Below are positions 51,194 through 60,689 of a stretch of 64,000 bases of DNA, one piece after another. How positions within the stretch are numbered: position 1 is the stretch's first letter; the number at the start of each line of letters is the position of its first letter. The notes beneath the pieces are model-generated. The model did no database searches and was not told the DNA's origin. It saw nothing but the letters and a program-made list of their open reading frames with translations. The position numbers and the translations under genes are program-made. Source of the DNA: Paludibacteraceae bacterium (GTDB taxonomy: Bacteria > Bacillota_I > Bacilli_A > RFN20 > CAG-826); the NCBI GenBank assembly GCA_963621535.1, contig CAVFEQ010000003.1:5926-69925 (forward strand). Reading direction: 5' to 3'.

Positions 51194-52192
51194 TTGATGA
51201 AGGTTTGCATCCATTTTCCTCACCTTCATGGCGCAGACGCTTTCGAGAGCACCCGGCTTAGGAAGACTCTTAAAGGCGCCTGCGAATCCGTGGACATCGC
51301 CTGGGAGGAGGAGCCTTCCTCCTCCACGGAGATCGCCCACTTCTTCTCGCCTTTAGACGAAAAGCTGCTTTTGAAATGCAAAAAGAAGGGCATCAAAACC
51401 GTTCTCTCTTGTTTTTATTGCGAGAACGATTTCCGGGCCGCCTTTTTGCAAGATAAGCAGGGAGAGAAAAAAATCGGCGAAAAAGCCGTGCGTATGATGA
51501 ATGAGGCCGATCTTGTCTTCGTGCCAACAGAAGGCCTAGCTTCCTTAGCGCGTAACGAGGGGGTCACCAGCAAAATCAAGGTTTTGGATGTTGGCGTCAA
51601 TTTGGACCGCTTTTCTTCGAAATCCGTGGAGGCGAACATCTTCCCCCGCTACTTCAGAGTGAGGCCGGATGAGAAGTTCGTCGTGTGCGTCGGCTCCTAT
51701 GAAGACGAGAAGACTTTGACGGCTCTAAAGAAGATTGCCTCGCTCACGCCGAAGATAACCTTCTATTTCTTCGGGTCAAAACGCCGCTTCCCCTTCTATT
51801 TCGGCTTACGAAAATACAAAAAAGATTCGCCTTCGAACTTGATTTATGAGCCGATTGTGGAGGATGACGTCTATCGTAGCGCCTTGATGCACTGCCTTGC
51901 TTATCTATTGCTTGATGATGAGCACCCCGATCAAATGGCTTTGATGGATGCTTTTGCTTCTGGGGCGGAGGTCGTCGCTATCGGCGAGCAAAAGGCGAAT
52001 CCGATTTTAGAAAACGGCAAGAATTGCTTGCTGTTCAAAGACGAGAAAGAGGCTTCGCTTGGCCTTGCTCGTCTCTACCTTGAAAAAGATAAGGCGATTA
52101 TAATGGCGGGGTACGCCATCGCGGAACGCTGCGCGTTACCTTGCTTTGCAAAGCAACTGAAAGAAGCTTACGAAGAGACGTTACAAAACTAA
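51194..52192 (+). CDS. GT-B fold glycosyltransferase (GT4-like)
   Basis: 332 aa. C-terminal sugar-donor-binding motif ALMDAFASGAEVVAIGE. 4-nt gap after gyrA and 9 nt before serS. Confidence 0.6.
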   Translation: MMKVCIHFPHLHGADAFESTRLRKTLKGACESVDIAWEEEPSSSTEIAHFFSPLDEKLLLKCKKKGIKTVLSCFYCENDFRAAFLQDKQGEKKIGEKAVRMMNEADLVFVPTEGLASLARNEGVTSKIKVLDVGVNLDRFSSKSVEANIFPRYFRVRPDEKFVVCVGSYEDEKTLTALKKIASLTPKITFYFFGSKRRFPFYFGLRKYKKDSPSNLIYEPIVEDDVYRSALMHCLAYLLLDDEHPDQMALMDAFASGAEVVAIGEQKANPILENGKNCLLFKDEKEASLGLARLYLEKDKAIIMAGYAIAERCALPCFAKQLKEAYEETLQN

Positions 52193-52201
52193 GGAGATCT
52201 T

Positions 52202-53485
52202 ATGATCGACATCAAATTAATCTTAGAGAAGCCGGATTATGTCGTGGCTGCCCTCAAAAAGAAAGACTGGGACTTTGATCCTAAGCCCATCCAAGAGCTT
52301 TCAGAGAAGCGTTTGACCCTCCTAAAAGAGGTTGAGGCCAGCAAAATGGAGCAAAATCGCCTCTCCAAATCCGTCCCCAGCGTGAAAAAAGAAGGCGGGG
52401 ACGTGCAGGCGATATTCGCGAAAGTCAAAGCCCTAAGCGCCGAGAGCAAAGCTGCCGAGCAAGAGCTTGGGAAAATCGAAGAGGAAATCAAATCCCTCAT
52501 CGAGGTGCTGCCTAATCTTCCTGACGACGATCTCGTCGGCGGAGAGAAAGAGAACAACAAGCCGATCTACCATTTCGGCGCAGAGCCCAAATTCGAAGGC
52601 TTCACCCCGAAAGACCATGTTGCGCTCGCGGAATCTCTTGGCCTTATCGACTACAAACGCGCGGCTAAGATCTCTGGCAGCGGCACCTGGATTTATACCA
52701 ATCTCGGCGCCCGCCTAGAATGGGCGCTTCTTAACTATTTCATGGAGAATCACATCGCCGATGGCTATGAGATGATCCTCCCTCCCCACATCTTGAATTA
52801 CGATTCCGGCTACACTGCTGGCCAGTTCCCCAAATTCAAAGAGGACGTTTTCTGGCTTGAAGGCACCGAACCGCGCAAGTTCCTCCTTCCAACCGCCGAA
52901 ACCGCATTGGTGAATCTTCATCGCAACGAGATTCTTTCTCTTGATGACCTTCCCCGCAAATATTTCGCCTATACCCCCTGCTACCGCAAAGAAGCCGGCT
53001 CTTACCGCACTGAGGAGCGAGGCATGATCCGCGGCTATCAGTTCGATAAGGTCGAGATGGTCCAATACACCACCAAAGAAGGCAGCGATGCCGCTTTTGA
53101 CGAGATGGTGGCTAAAGCCAAACGCCTTGTTGAAGGGCTCGGCCTCTGCTATCAAGTCGACAAGCTCGCCGCAGGCGACTGCTCTCATTCGATGGCGAGG
53201 ACCTATGACATCGAAGTTTGGATCCCCTCCATGCATATCTATAAAGAGGTCTCTTCCGTGTCTAACGCCCGCGACTATCAGGCGCGCCGCGGCATGATCC
53301 GCTATCGCGATGGAGAAGGCAAAGTCCAATTCTGCCACACGCTTAATGGCTCTGGCCTTGCTACTTCGCGCGTTTATCCCGCTATCCTTGAGCAATTCCA
53401 GCAAGCCGACGGCTCCGTCGTTATCCCCGAACCACTTAGAAAGTTCATGGGTGGCATGGAAGTGCTTAAGCCCATCAAAAAATAG
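52202..53485 (+). CDS. serS: seryl-tRNA synthetase
   Basis: 427 aa. N-terminal coiled-coil arm and class-II motifs. Confidence 0.95.
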   Translation: MIDIKLILEKPDYVVAALKKKDWDFDPKPIQELSEKRLTLLKEVEASKMEQNRLSKSVPSVKKEGGDVQAIFAKVKALSAESKAAEQELGKIEEEIKSLIEVLPNLPDDDLVGGEKENNKPIYHFGAEPKFEGFTPKDHVALAESLGLIDYKRAAKISGSGTWIYTNLGARLEWALLNYFMENHIADGYEMILPPHILNYDSGYTAGQFPKFKEDVFWLEGTEPRKFLLPTAETALVNLHRNEILSLDDLPRKYFAYTPCYRKEAGSYRTEERGMIRGYQFDKVEMVQYTTKEGSDAAFDEMVAKAKRLVEGLGLCYQVDKLAAGDCSHSMARTYDIEVWIPSMHIYKEVSSVSNARDYQARRGMIRYRDGEGKVQFCHTLNGSGLATSRVYPAILEQFQQADGSVVIPEPLRKFMGGMEVLKPIKK

Positions 53486-53520
53486 CAGCGTTCGCCTTCC
53501 CGCTCAAAAATAAAGTCTAA

Positions 53521-53566
53521 AAATCCCGTTCCCCTTGTTCTTAACGTGACGGAACGGGATTTTTTA
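53521..53566 (+). terminator. rho-independent terminator after serS
   Basis: ATCCCGTTCC...GGAACGGGAT followed by TTTTT. Confidence 0.65.
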
Positions 53567-53708
53567 GATTCGCTGCAGGGCACGTTTCGTTTTGGCGTGT
53601 TTGGCAATTATTGTCGATAAAGGCTGCTTTCATCAGTCTAATTTGGTGATTCCCGCTCTGATTTAAAGCATTAGCACCTCTTGCTTTAGACGAAACAAAA
53701 AATAAATT

Positions 53709-53793
53709 CATGTTCGAAAATTTGTTAAAACAAAGGATATTTCATGTTCGAAAATTTGTAAAAAACACTGTTTTGTCATGTTCGAAAATTTGT
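53709..53793 (+). repeat. three 17-bp direct repeats CATGTTCGAAAATTTGT spaced exactly 34 bp apart
   Basis: Exact copies at 53709-53725, 53743-53759 and 53777-53793. A secondary CACTGTTTTG repeat occurs at 53767 and 53795. A TATAAT -10 at 53816 and the ATPase start at 53846 follow. Confidence 0.85.
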
Positions 53794-53845
53794 TCACTGT
53801 TTTGTAATAATCCCATATAATCGTTGTTAATAGAGGCGCTTTGGC

Positions 53846-55219
53846 ATGGTTATTCAAAGAAAAGCATACAAAGAATTGGCAAAATGGAAAAATGGCTCCG
53901 ATAAAGGGAAAGCTGTTTTGATAAAGGGGGCCAGACGAGTCGGCAAAAGCTTCCTGGCCGAAGAGTTTGCTAAAAACGAGTATAAAAGTTACATCTTGAT
54001 CGATTTTTCCAGCCCATTGAATGGCACTTTGCAGACCTTCCAAAAATATGGGAACAAGTACAGCCTAGATGAATTTTTCAACCAACTTTCCGTTATATAT
54101 TCAACCCCTCTTTACAGAAGGCAATCTGTTTTCGTTTTTGACGAGGTTCAACGATTTCCAAAGGCGAGGGAATTGATAAAACATCTTGTCGCGGATGGGA
54201 GGTACGATTTCATCGAAACGGGTTCTTTAATAACGATAAAGAAGAACGCGAAAGATATCTTGATTCCATCTGAAGAAGAAGAAATTTCGATGTATCCTTT
54301 GGATTTTGAAGAATTTCTCACCGCTATAGGCGACCAAGTGACTTATCCGACTTTGAAGCAAGCTTATGAAGATCGGAAACCGCTTGGGAATATCCTCAAG
54401 GCTGTGAATGAAAAATTACGACTTTACATGATCATCGGAGGGATGCCGCAGGCTGTCTTGAAATATATCGAAACAAGAAACTATGACGATGTCGAAAAAA
54501 CAAAGAGGAGCATCGTTGGGCTTTATAGAAAAGACATCGTTAAATACGCTGAAGGTTATGTTGCCGAAGCAACCGCGGTGTTCAATGCAATCCCCTCTCA
54601 ACTTTCTCACCATGATAAAAAGATCAAGTATTCATCGCTTAATGAAGGCGACCGTTTTTCGCGCTACAGGGACGCACTTAATTGGATAAACGATTCAATG
54701 GTCGGGCTATTGTGCTATGGATTAGATGAGCCTGGTGCTTTGGATGGTTTTTCGCTGCAAACGAACAAAATTAAATGTTATATGGCGGACACTGGGCTTT
54801 TGCTTACCTTGGCTTCCGGAAACGATTATCTTGGAAGTGAATTCTATAAGTCTTTCGTGCTTGGAAAACTTTCGATCAATAAAGGAATGATGACGGAAAA
54901 CCTAATCGCCCAGATTTTCGCCTCGAATGGCAGGCCTCTGAGATTTTACGAAAACTCCGTTAAGAAAAAGACGAAGCTTGATGAAAGTAATGAAAGAGAA
55001 AAAATCACAAAGCACGAAGTTGATTTTCTTATAAAGCAAAACGGAAAAACTACACCCGTGGAGGTCAAAAGCGGAAATCTCAAAGAACACGCGTCCTTAG
55101 ATTACTTCTTCGATCGTTTCAAAGAGAAAACGAATAAGCCTATCGTTCTGACAAAAGGAGATCTGAAGGAAACGGAAGATTATACGTATCTTCCTTTGCC
55201 GATGGCATATTTCTTGTAA
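53846..55219 (+). CDS. AAA+ ATPase with DUF4143-type C-terminal domain (COG1373 family)
   Basis: 457 aa. Walker A GARRVGKS and Walker B VFVFDEVQ. About 40% GC versus about 52% in the flanks. Confidence 0.75.
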   Translation: MVIQRKAYKELAKWKNGSDKGKAVLIKGARRVGKSFLAEEFAKNEYKSYILIDFSSPLNGTLQTFQKYGNKYSLDEFFNQLSVIYSTPLYRRQSVFVFDEVQRFPKARELIKHLVADGRYDFIETGSLITIKKNAKDILIPSEEEEISMYPLDFEEFLTAIGDQVTYPTLKQAYEDRKPLGNILKAVNEKLRLYMIIGGMPQAVLKYIETRNYDDVEKTKRSIVGLYRKDIVKYAEGYVAEATAVFNAIPSQLSHHDKKIKYSSLNEGDRFSRYRDALNWINDSMVGLLCYGLDEPGALDGFSLQTNKIKCYMADTGLLLTLASGNDYLGSEFYKSFVLGKLSINKGMMTENLIAQIFASNGRPLRFYENSVKKKTKLDESNEREKITKHEVDFLIKQNGKTTPVEVKSGNLKEHASLDYFFDRFKEKTNKPIVLTKGDLKETEDYTYLPLPMAYFL

Positions 55220-55315
55220 TGACGGAGCGTAACCTAAATAGTTTAATTGAATTCTGCTTCTAGGTGGCGCAAGAGAAAACTTAATGCGTTATCTATAGGT
55301 TTTGCTATAATCCTA

Positions 55316-55404
55316 GTGCCATCGCGAGAGATGAGCGACGAACCAGGTCAGGTGGGGAACCAAGCAGCCTTAAATCGTTTGCCCCTGTGCGGTGGTTTTT
55401 TTAT
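55316..55404 (+). ncRNA. ffs: signal recognition particle RNA, short 4.5S-type
   Basis: TATAAT at 55306-55311. Helix-8/domain-IV motif ACCAGGUCAGGU-GGGGAACC-AAGCAGCC matches E. coli ACCAGGUCAGGUCCGGAAGGAAGCAGCC. The GGAA tetraloop-closing pairs are swapped (GG/CC instead of CC/GG), a compensatory covariation. The 5' and 3' ends pair (CCAUCGCGAG with CUGUGCGGUGG). A U-run terminates it. Upstream of tadA. Confidence 0.65.
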
Positions 55405-55414
55405 TATTAGACCC

Positions 55415-55879
55415 ATGGATAAGAAAACAGATATTGCCTTTATGCTTGAGGCCCTAAAAGAAGCACAACTGGCTTATGACGCTGGAGAAGTGCCTGTTGG
55501 AGCAGTTGTAGTTCGAAACGGGGAAATTATCGGCAGAGGCCACAACGAACGAGAGAAAGATCTCGATATTTCCTCTCATGCCGAGATAAACGCCCTAAAA
55601 GAGGCGTCGAAGACACTTAGAAGATGGGATTTAAGCGACTGTTCGCTTTATGTCACTTTAGAGCCTTGCTTAATGTGCGCCGGAGCTATCCTACAAAGCA
55701 AAATTCGCTTTCTGAGTTTTGGAACTTTGGATAAAAAAGCGGGCGCAATTTTGTCAATTTATCATGTCTTCGATACAAATAAAGCATACATGCCCCCGTT
55801 AATTGACAAAGGGCTGTGCGAGGCCTTGTGTTCTGGAATTTTGACGAGATTTTTCACTGAAAAACTGAGATCAAAATAA
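55415..55879 (+). CDS. tadA: tRNA-specific adenosine deaminase
   Basis: Start at ATG 55415 (MDKKTD). CDA zinc motifs HAEINAL and PCLMCAGAI. Confidence 0.9.
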   Translation: MDKKTDIAFMLEALKEAQLAYDAGEVPVGAVVVRNGEIIGRGHNEREKDLDISSHAEINALKEASKTLRRWDLSDCSLYVTLEPCLMCAGAILQSKIRFLSFGTLDKKAGAILSIYHVFDTNKAYMPPLIDKGLCEALCSGILTRFFTEKLRSK

Positions 55880-56011
55880 GCGTCGTTAGCTTCCTTGCCT
55901 CTTTTAAATGGGAAGGCTTTCGCAGGCTCTCCTTTGTTAGCGTTTTACAAAGTCTTTACTTTGTCTAATAAAGCAAAAAAATCTAGCGCGTTATTGAAGA
56001 GATGATATATT

Positions 56012-58927
56012 TTGTTCATGGACCAAAAAAGCGCGTTAAAACTCGATTCACCCCAGGAATTGATCCGCCTGGAACATGTTTTTAAAGAGTATGAGTTTGA
56101 TGGAAAACCATTTTACGCGCTCAAAGATGTCACTCTTTCTTTTCCTTCAAAAGGCATGATCGCCGTATTGGGTCCATCTGGTTGCGGGAAGACAACTTTG
56201 CTTAATTTAATGGCTGGTTTTGACCGAAAATTCTCCGGAAATATTTATATTGATGGTGTTTCTGGCACTGATTTGAAGAAAAAGGATTGGGACGTGTATC
56301 GAAATTCCAAAATAGGCTTCGTTTTTCAAAACTATAATTTAGTCAATTATCGTAATGTAATTCACAACGTCGAACTGCCCTTACAGCTTTCCGGCGTAGG
56401 GAAGAAGAAGCGCAAGGCTTTAGCTCTTGATGCTCTAAAAAAAGTTGGTCTTGAAGGCTTTCAAAAGAAAAAAGTCACCCAGATGTCCGGCGGGCAGCTT
56501 CAGAGAGTGGCCATTGCTAGAGCAATCGTTAATAACCCGTCTTTTATACTTGCAGATGAACCAACTGGAGCTTTGGATTCGGAATCCTCTAAATTGGTTT
56601 TGAACGTCTTAAAAGAGATCTCTCGCGAGAGACTGGTTGTTTTGGTTACTCATAACGAAGAGCTTGCTAACCTTTACGCAGATCGCATTGTTCGAATGAG
56701 AGACGGCCAGATTGTTTCTGACGATTTGCGTTCACCTTGCTCTTGCGATGTTTCTAGCAAGAACGTTGAATCTGTTGAGAAGAAGTTTAAATCTGGCGCT
56801 CTTTCTACTGGCTCCGTCCTTGTTTCCTGCTTTGAAAATCTTGGCCATAAAAAAGTTAGAACGATTCTCACCGCTCTTTCCTGCTCTTTTGGAATCCTGG
56901 GTGTCGCTTTGGTTTTGGCTATTAATAACGGCTTTTCCGGATACGTTGAATCCGTTGAACGTTCTGTGGCTAACTCCGTCCCTATTTCTCTTTCCCCTGT
57001 AACAACAAGGACTCACTACGAAAGCGTAGAAGAGCTTCCTGAGTATCCTGAGGATGAAATCGTCAACGTTTACGATTCTAGAAAGTCTTTCTCCGAGACG
57101 GTTTACAACAACTTCTCCAATGAATACTTCTCCTATTTAGATCAGATCATGGATGACCCCTCTTGCTCAGCTTACGGGTCTGCAATGTCGGTGATGTACT
57201 ATAGGAAAAGCCTTAATTATCACTTCTTGAAAGAAGATCCTTCCGGGACGATTCGGGAAATCAACCAATATACAAACGCCAAATCATCTACCTATACGAT
57301 TGCCTCTTTGACTTCGCTTCCCGGCACCGTGCTTCATGAAATGTATGGGGACGAGGAAAATATGTCTTCCCTTTATGACACCATCGCGGGCAAATTTCCT
57401 ACAGAATCCAATGAACTAGCCCTCATCCTCGATTCTTATAACCGCATCGATTTCTCTACCATGAAAGCGCTCGGCTTTTATGACTCCGACGCCACTCTTG
57501 GCGATGGCAATAAGACCTTGACCTTCGAGGATATGCTTAACGCCGAGTTCAAATGCTATACGAACTCTTCTTTTTACGGGGTCTCTTCCCTTGGAGACTT
57601 AGAAGAGAAAACCGTATCCCTTGGCCAAGACGCCTATTCGAAGCTCTCCGTTTCCATAAAAGACGATGACAAAGATGGGACGTATGAAGCGGTGGTGAGT
57701 GACGAAGATTCTTCAAACCATACGAAGGCTTGCAAAGCCATAGAGACGCCCAAAACCGAGGACGTTTATAAAGACGATACGACATATAAGCCGATAAAAT
57801 GCAAGATTGTCGGTATATTGCGCCCCGTTAAAGGCTCATACCTTCAGCTCATGCCTTCTTCCTTAGCTTACACCCCGGCCCTAAGCAAACTGATGGTCGC
57901 CGATCAGCAAAGCGAGATAACCAAAAAGCTGGCTGAATACCAAAAAGGGAACTGGATAATCCCTTATTCCGAAAGCGGAGACGGCAAAGACAAACTGCAG
58001 AAAGCCTTTGACAATTTGGCGCAAGCGATAACAAAACTCAAAGCAGGCACCAGCTTCGATGATGTGGCCGGCGAATTGTCGAACTTCAAAAGCTACTTAA
58101 ATGGCGCATTTCGCTTTATCTCCGCTACAGGGCATAGGAACGCTAAGACAGGATCGTTCAGTTACACTTACACGACGGGCGTATCTACTTATATGTCTTG
58201 GTGCAAAAACCTGGGCGCGGAGTTTGGAACCATGGATTTCCAATCGATGGTGCTAGAAGCTGCCTTGAACGATTCCATCACGCTGGGCTATGACTTCTTT
58301 GACGGCACGGGCGAGACCAATATCATTGATACTATAGGTTCTTTAAACTCCTACGCTCTGGTTGATTCGATTCTGATCTTCCCGACCTCATTAACGAGCA
58401 AAACGACTTTGAAATCCTATCTCGATGCTTGGAACACCTCTCATCCGGATGCGCGCAACGACTACATCGACATTATGTCTGATTTCACGGGAGAGATAGG
58501 GACCCTGGTTCAGATTGTTTCGATCATATTAGTTATTTTCGCTTCCATATCGTTGCTGGTTTCTTCAATCATGACCGCCATCATCACCTATGTCTCCGTC
58601 GTGGAGCGAACCAAGGAAATCGGCATATTGAGGGCTTGCGGGGCTAAAAGGTTAGATATCGCTAGGCTCTTCGAGTCCGAATGCCTATTCATTGGGTTGG
58701 TGGCAGGCTGCGTCGGTGTTGCCTTAACTTGCCTCGCCTGCATCCCGGTGAACCAGGTCCTCAATAGCCTCTTCCCCTCCAATAATTTGGGCCAAATCGC
58801 GCAGCTAAGCCCCGCCCACGCGTTTATCCTCATAGCCGTTTCGGCTTTACTCGCCTTCCTAAGTGGGCTTTTTCCTTCCCAGATTGCTGCCCGGAAGGAT
58901 CCCGTTGTTTGTTTAAGGAGTGAATAA
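56012..58927 (+). CDS. fused ABC ATPase / FtsX-family permease (MacB-like) with a very large extracytoplasmic domain
   Basis: 971 aa. N-terminal ABC ATPase (GPSGCGKTT, LSGGQLQRVAIARA, ILADEPTGALD). TM1 near residue 290, an extracytoplasmic segment of about 560 aa, and C-terminal FtsX TMs with RTKEIGILRACGAKR. Confidence 0.75.
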   Translation: MFMDQKSALKLDSPQELIRLEHVFKEYEFDGKPFYALKDVTLSFPSKGMIAVLGPSGCGKTTLLNLMAGFDRKFSGNIYIDGVSGTDLKKKDWDVYRNSKIGFVFQNYNLVNYRNVIHNVELPLQLSGVGKKKRKALALDALKKVGLEGFQKKKVTQMSGGQLQRVAIARAIVNNPSFILADEPTGALDSESSKLVLNVLKEISRERLVVLVTHNEELANLYADRIVRMRDGQIVSDDLRSPCSCDVSSKNVESVEKKFKSGALSTGSVLVSCFENLGHKKVRTILTALSCSFGILGVALVLAINNGFSGYVESVERSVANSVPISLSPVTTRTHYESVEELPEYPEDEIVNVYDSRKSFSETVYNNFSNEYFSYLDQIMDDPSCSAYGSAMSVMYYRKSLNYHFLKEDPSGTIREINQYTNAKSSTYTIASLTSLPGTVLHEMYGDEENMSSLYDTIAGKFPTESNELALILDSYNRIDFSTMKALGFYDSDATLGDGNKTLTFEDMLNAEFKCYTNSSFYGVSSLGDLEEKTVSLGQDAYSKLSVSIKDDDKDGTYEAVVSDEDSSNHTKACKAIETPKTEDVYKDDTTYKPIKCKIVGILRPVKGSYLQLMPSSLAYTPALSKLMVADQQSEITKKLAEYQKGNWIIPYSESGDGKDKLQKAFDNLAQAITKLKAGTSFDDVAGELSNFKSYLNGAFRFISATGHRNAKTGSFSYTYTTGVSTYMSWCKNLGAEFGTMDFQSMVLEAALNDSITLGYDFFDGTGETNIIDTIGSLNSYALVDSILIFPTSLTSKTTLKSYLDAWNTSHPDARNDYIDIMSDFTGEIGTLVQIVSIILVIFASISLLVSSIMTAIITYVSVVERTKEIGILRACGAKRLDIARLFESECLFIGLVAGCVGVALTCLACIPVNQVLNSLFPSNNLGQIAQLSPAHAFILIAVSALLAFLSGLFPSQIAARKDPVVCLRSE

Positions 58928-58938
58928 GGAGTTTATCT

Positions 58939-59496
58939 ATGATCACCGAAGCCAAATTTAAGTACGCCTTAAAAAGCATGATGGAGACGATGCCTCTAGA
59001 AGACATCAACGTCACCGCCTTATGCGAGAAGTGCAAGTGCCATAGGCAAACCTTTTATTACCATTACCAAGATATCTACGATTTGATCGCGGCCATCTTT
59101 CTGAACGAGGATCTAACAAGCGTCACTAACGCCAAAGATACTAAAAAAACCCTGACCGCTTTTCTAAGCTATGCGAAAAACAATTTCTCCTTCTTGCGTT
59201 CCACCTATAACTCAGCCGGGAGGGACCTCACCGACGACTTTATTTACGGGAAGATCAACGCGAAGCTCTTTACCCTTTGGGTTGGGGATGAGGCCATAGG
59301 GCTTAAGAAAGAAGGGGTGCGGAACGCCGCCAGGCGTTTCTCACGCCTTTTCGCGGACGAATTTGGCTACTATCTCAAAGATCAAAAGCTGACCCCAGAA
59401 CGCTTCGTCCATCATATGAACAAATTCATCGATAATGCGATCAACATCCTTTTGCCCGCCATCATCGCCCTATCGAAGAAGGAGGAGACAAAATGA
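58939..59496 (+). CDS. TetR-like transcriptional regulator (DhaS/YfiR-type)
   Basis: 185 aa. N-terminal HTH-like EDINVTALCEKCKCHRQTFYYHYQDIYDL. 4-nt overlap with the downstream ADH. Confidence 0.55.
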   Translation: MITEAKFKYALKSMMETMPLEDINVTALCEKCKCHRQTFYYHYQDIYDLIAAIFLNEDLTSVTNAKDTKKTLTAFLSYAKNNFSFLRSTYNSAGRDLTDDFIYGKINAKLFTLWVGDEAIGLKKEGVRNAARRFSRLFADEFGYYLKDQKLTPERFVHHMNKFIDNAINILLPAIIALSKKEETK

Positions 59497-60668
59497 TCGA
59501 TTTTGACTTCGTCGCTCCAACGCGCATTATCTTTGGTCGCTCCGCCGAGAAGCGTTTGTCTGAATTGCTCAGCGCATACAACGTTCATTCCGTTTTGCTC
59601 GTTTATGGTGGTGGATCCATCAAAAGAAGCGGCTTATATGACGCGGTTATCGAGCAGCTAAACCTTGCAAAAGTCACGTTTTTTGAAATTAGCGGAATCC
59701 GCGCAAATCCAACGAAAGAGTCGGTTTTTGCGGGGATAAATATCTTAAGAGAGCACCCTTGCGATCTGATCTTGGCCGTCGGTGGGGGCTCGGTGATCGA
59801 TGCGGCGAAATCCATGGGCGTTGGCTATTACTATGACGGCGAACCCTTTGATTTCAATCTCAAGAAAGCGACCCCTTCGAAGACTCTTCCTCTTGGCGTT
59901 ATTTTGACTATTTCTAGCGCCGGGAGCGAAATGTCCAACTCCTGCGTCATCTCCGATGATGCGAGTGGCATAAAGCTCGGGTTCAACAACGACCTTATTC
60001 GTCCCTTATTCGCCTTGGAGAACCCCGAGCTGACCTTCACGGTTTCTCCCTACCAAACCGCGGTTGGCTTCTCTGACATCATCATGCATTCTTTGGAACG
60101 CTATTGCGGCGAGTCTGACGCGCTTCAACTGGCGGATGAGTGGGCTTTGGATCTCATCAAGAACACGATGGAAGCGGGCAAGAGGGCCTTAGCCAATCCT
60201 GAGGATTACGAAGCCCGCGCCGCCTTGATGCTTAATAGTTCCTTATCGCATAACGGCTATACCGGCATCGGGAAACGCTGCCCATTCGTCGTGCATCCTT
60301 TAGAGCACGCTTTAAGCGGCTATCGCCCTGATATCCCTCACGGGGCAGGCGTCGCCTTGCTTTATTCGGCCTGGGCAAGCTACGTTTGCAGCAAAGCCCC
60401 GGCGAAGTTCGCCTATCTAACTAAGCGTATTTTCAATTTGGAAGCGAAAACGGAATTAGAAACGGCTATAATGGGCGTCGCGGCAATGAAAGACTTCTTT
60501 CATTCCGTTGGAATGCCCACCTCGTTTGCCGAAGTCGGGATCACCAAAAACGACATCCCAAGCCTCGTTCGGTTAGCTAGCGGTAATGGAACACGTGTGA
60601 TTGGCCTTTACCCCCAATCACTGAATGAGCAGGACATCGAAAATATCTATATGAGCCTGCTTTCCTAG
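59493..60668 (+). CDS. iron-containing alcohol dehydrogenase
   Basis: 391 aa. GGGSVIDAAK NAD-binding motif. Metal-binding His residues (HPLEHAL, HGAG). Confidence 0.85.
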   Translation: MIDFDFVAPTRIIFGRSAEKRLSELLSAYNVHSVLLVYGGGSIKRSGLYDAVIEQLNLAKVTFFEISGIRANPTKESVFAGINILREHPCDLILAVGGGSVIDAAKSMGVGYYYDGEPFDFNLKKATPSKTLPLGVILTISSAGSEMSNSCVISDDASGIKLGFNNDLIRPLFALENPELTFTVSPYQTAVGFSDIIMHSLERYCGESDALQLADEWALDLIKNTMEAGKRALANPEDYEARAALMLNSSLSHNGYTGIGKRCPFVVHPLEHALSGYRPDIPHGAGVALLYSAWASYVCSKAPAKFAYLTKRIFNLEAKTELETAIMGVAAMKDFFHSVGMPTSFAEVGITKNDIPSLVRLASGNGTRVIGLYPQSLNEQDIENIYMSLLS

Positions 60669-60689
60669 TTCAGGAGGCTTCCTTCGCTT

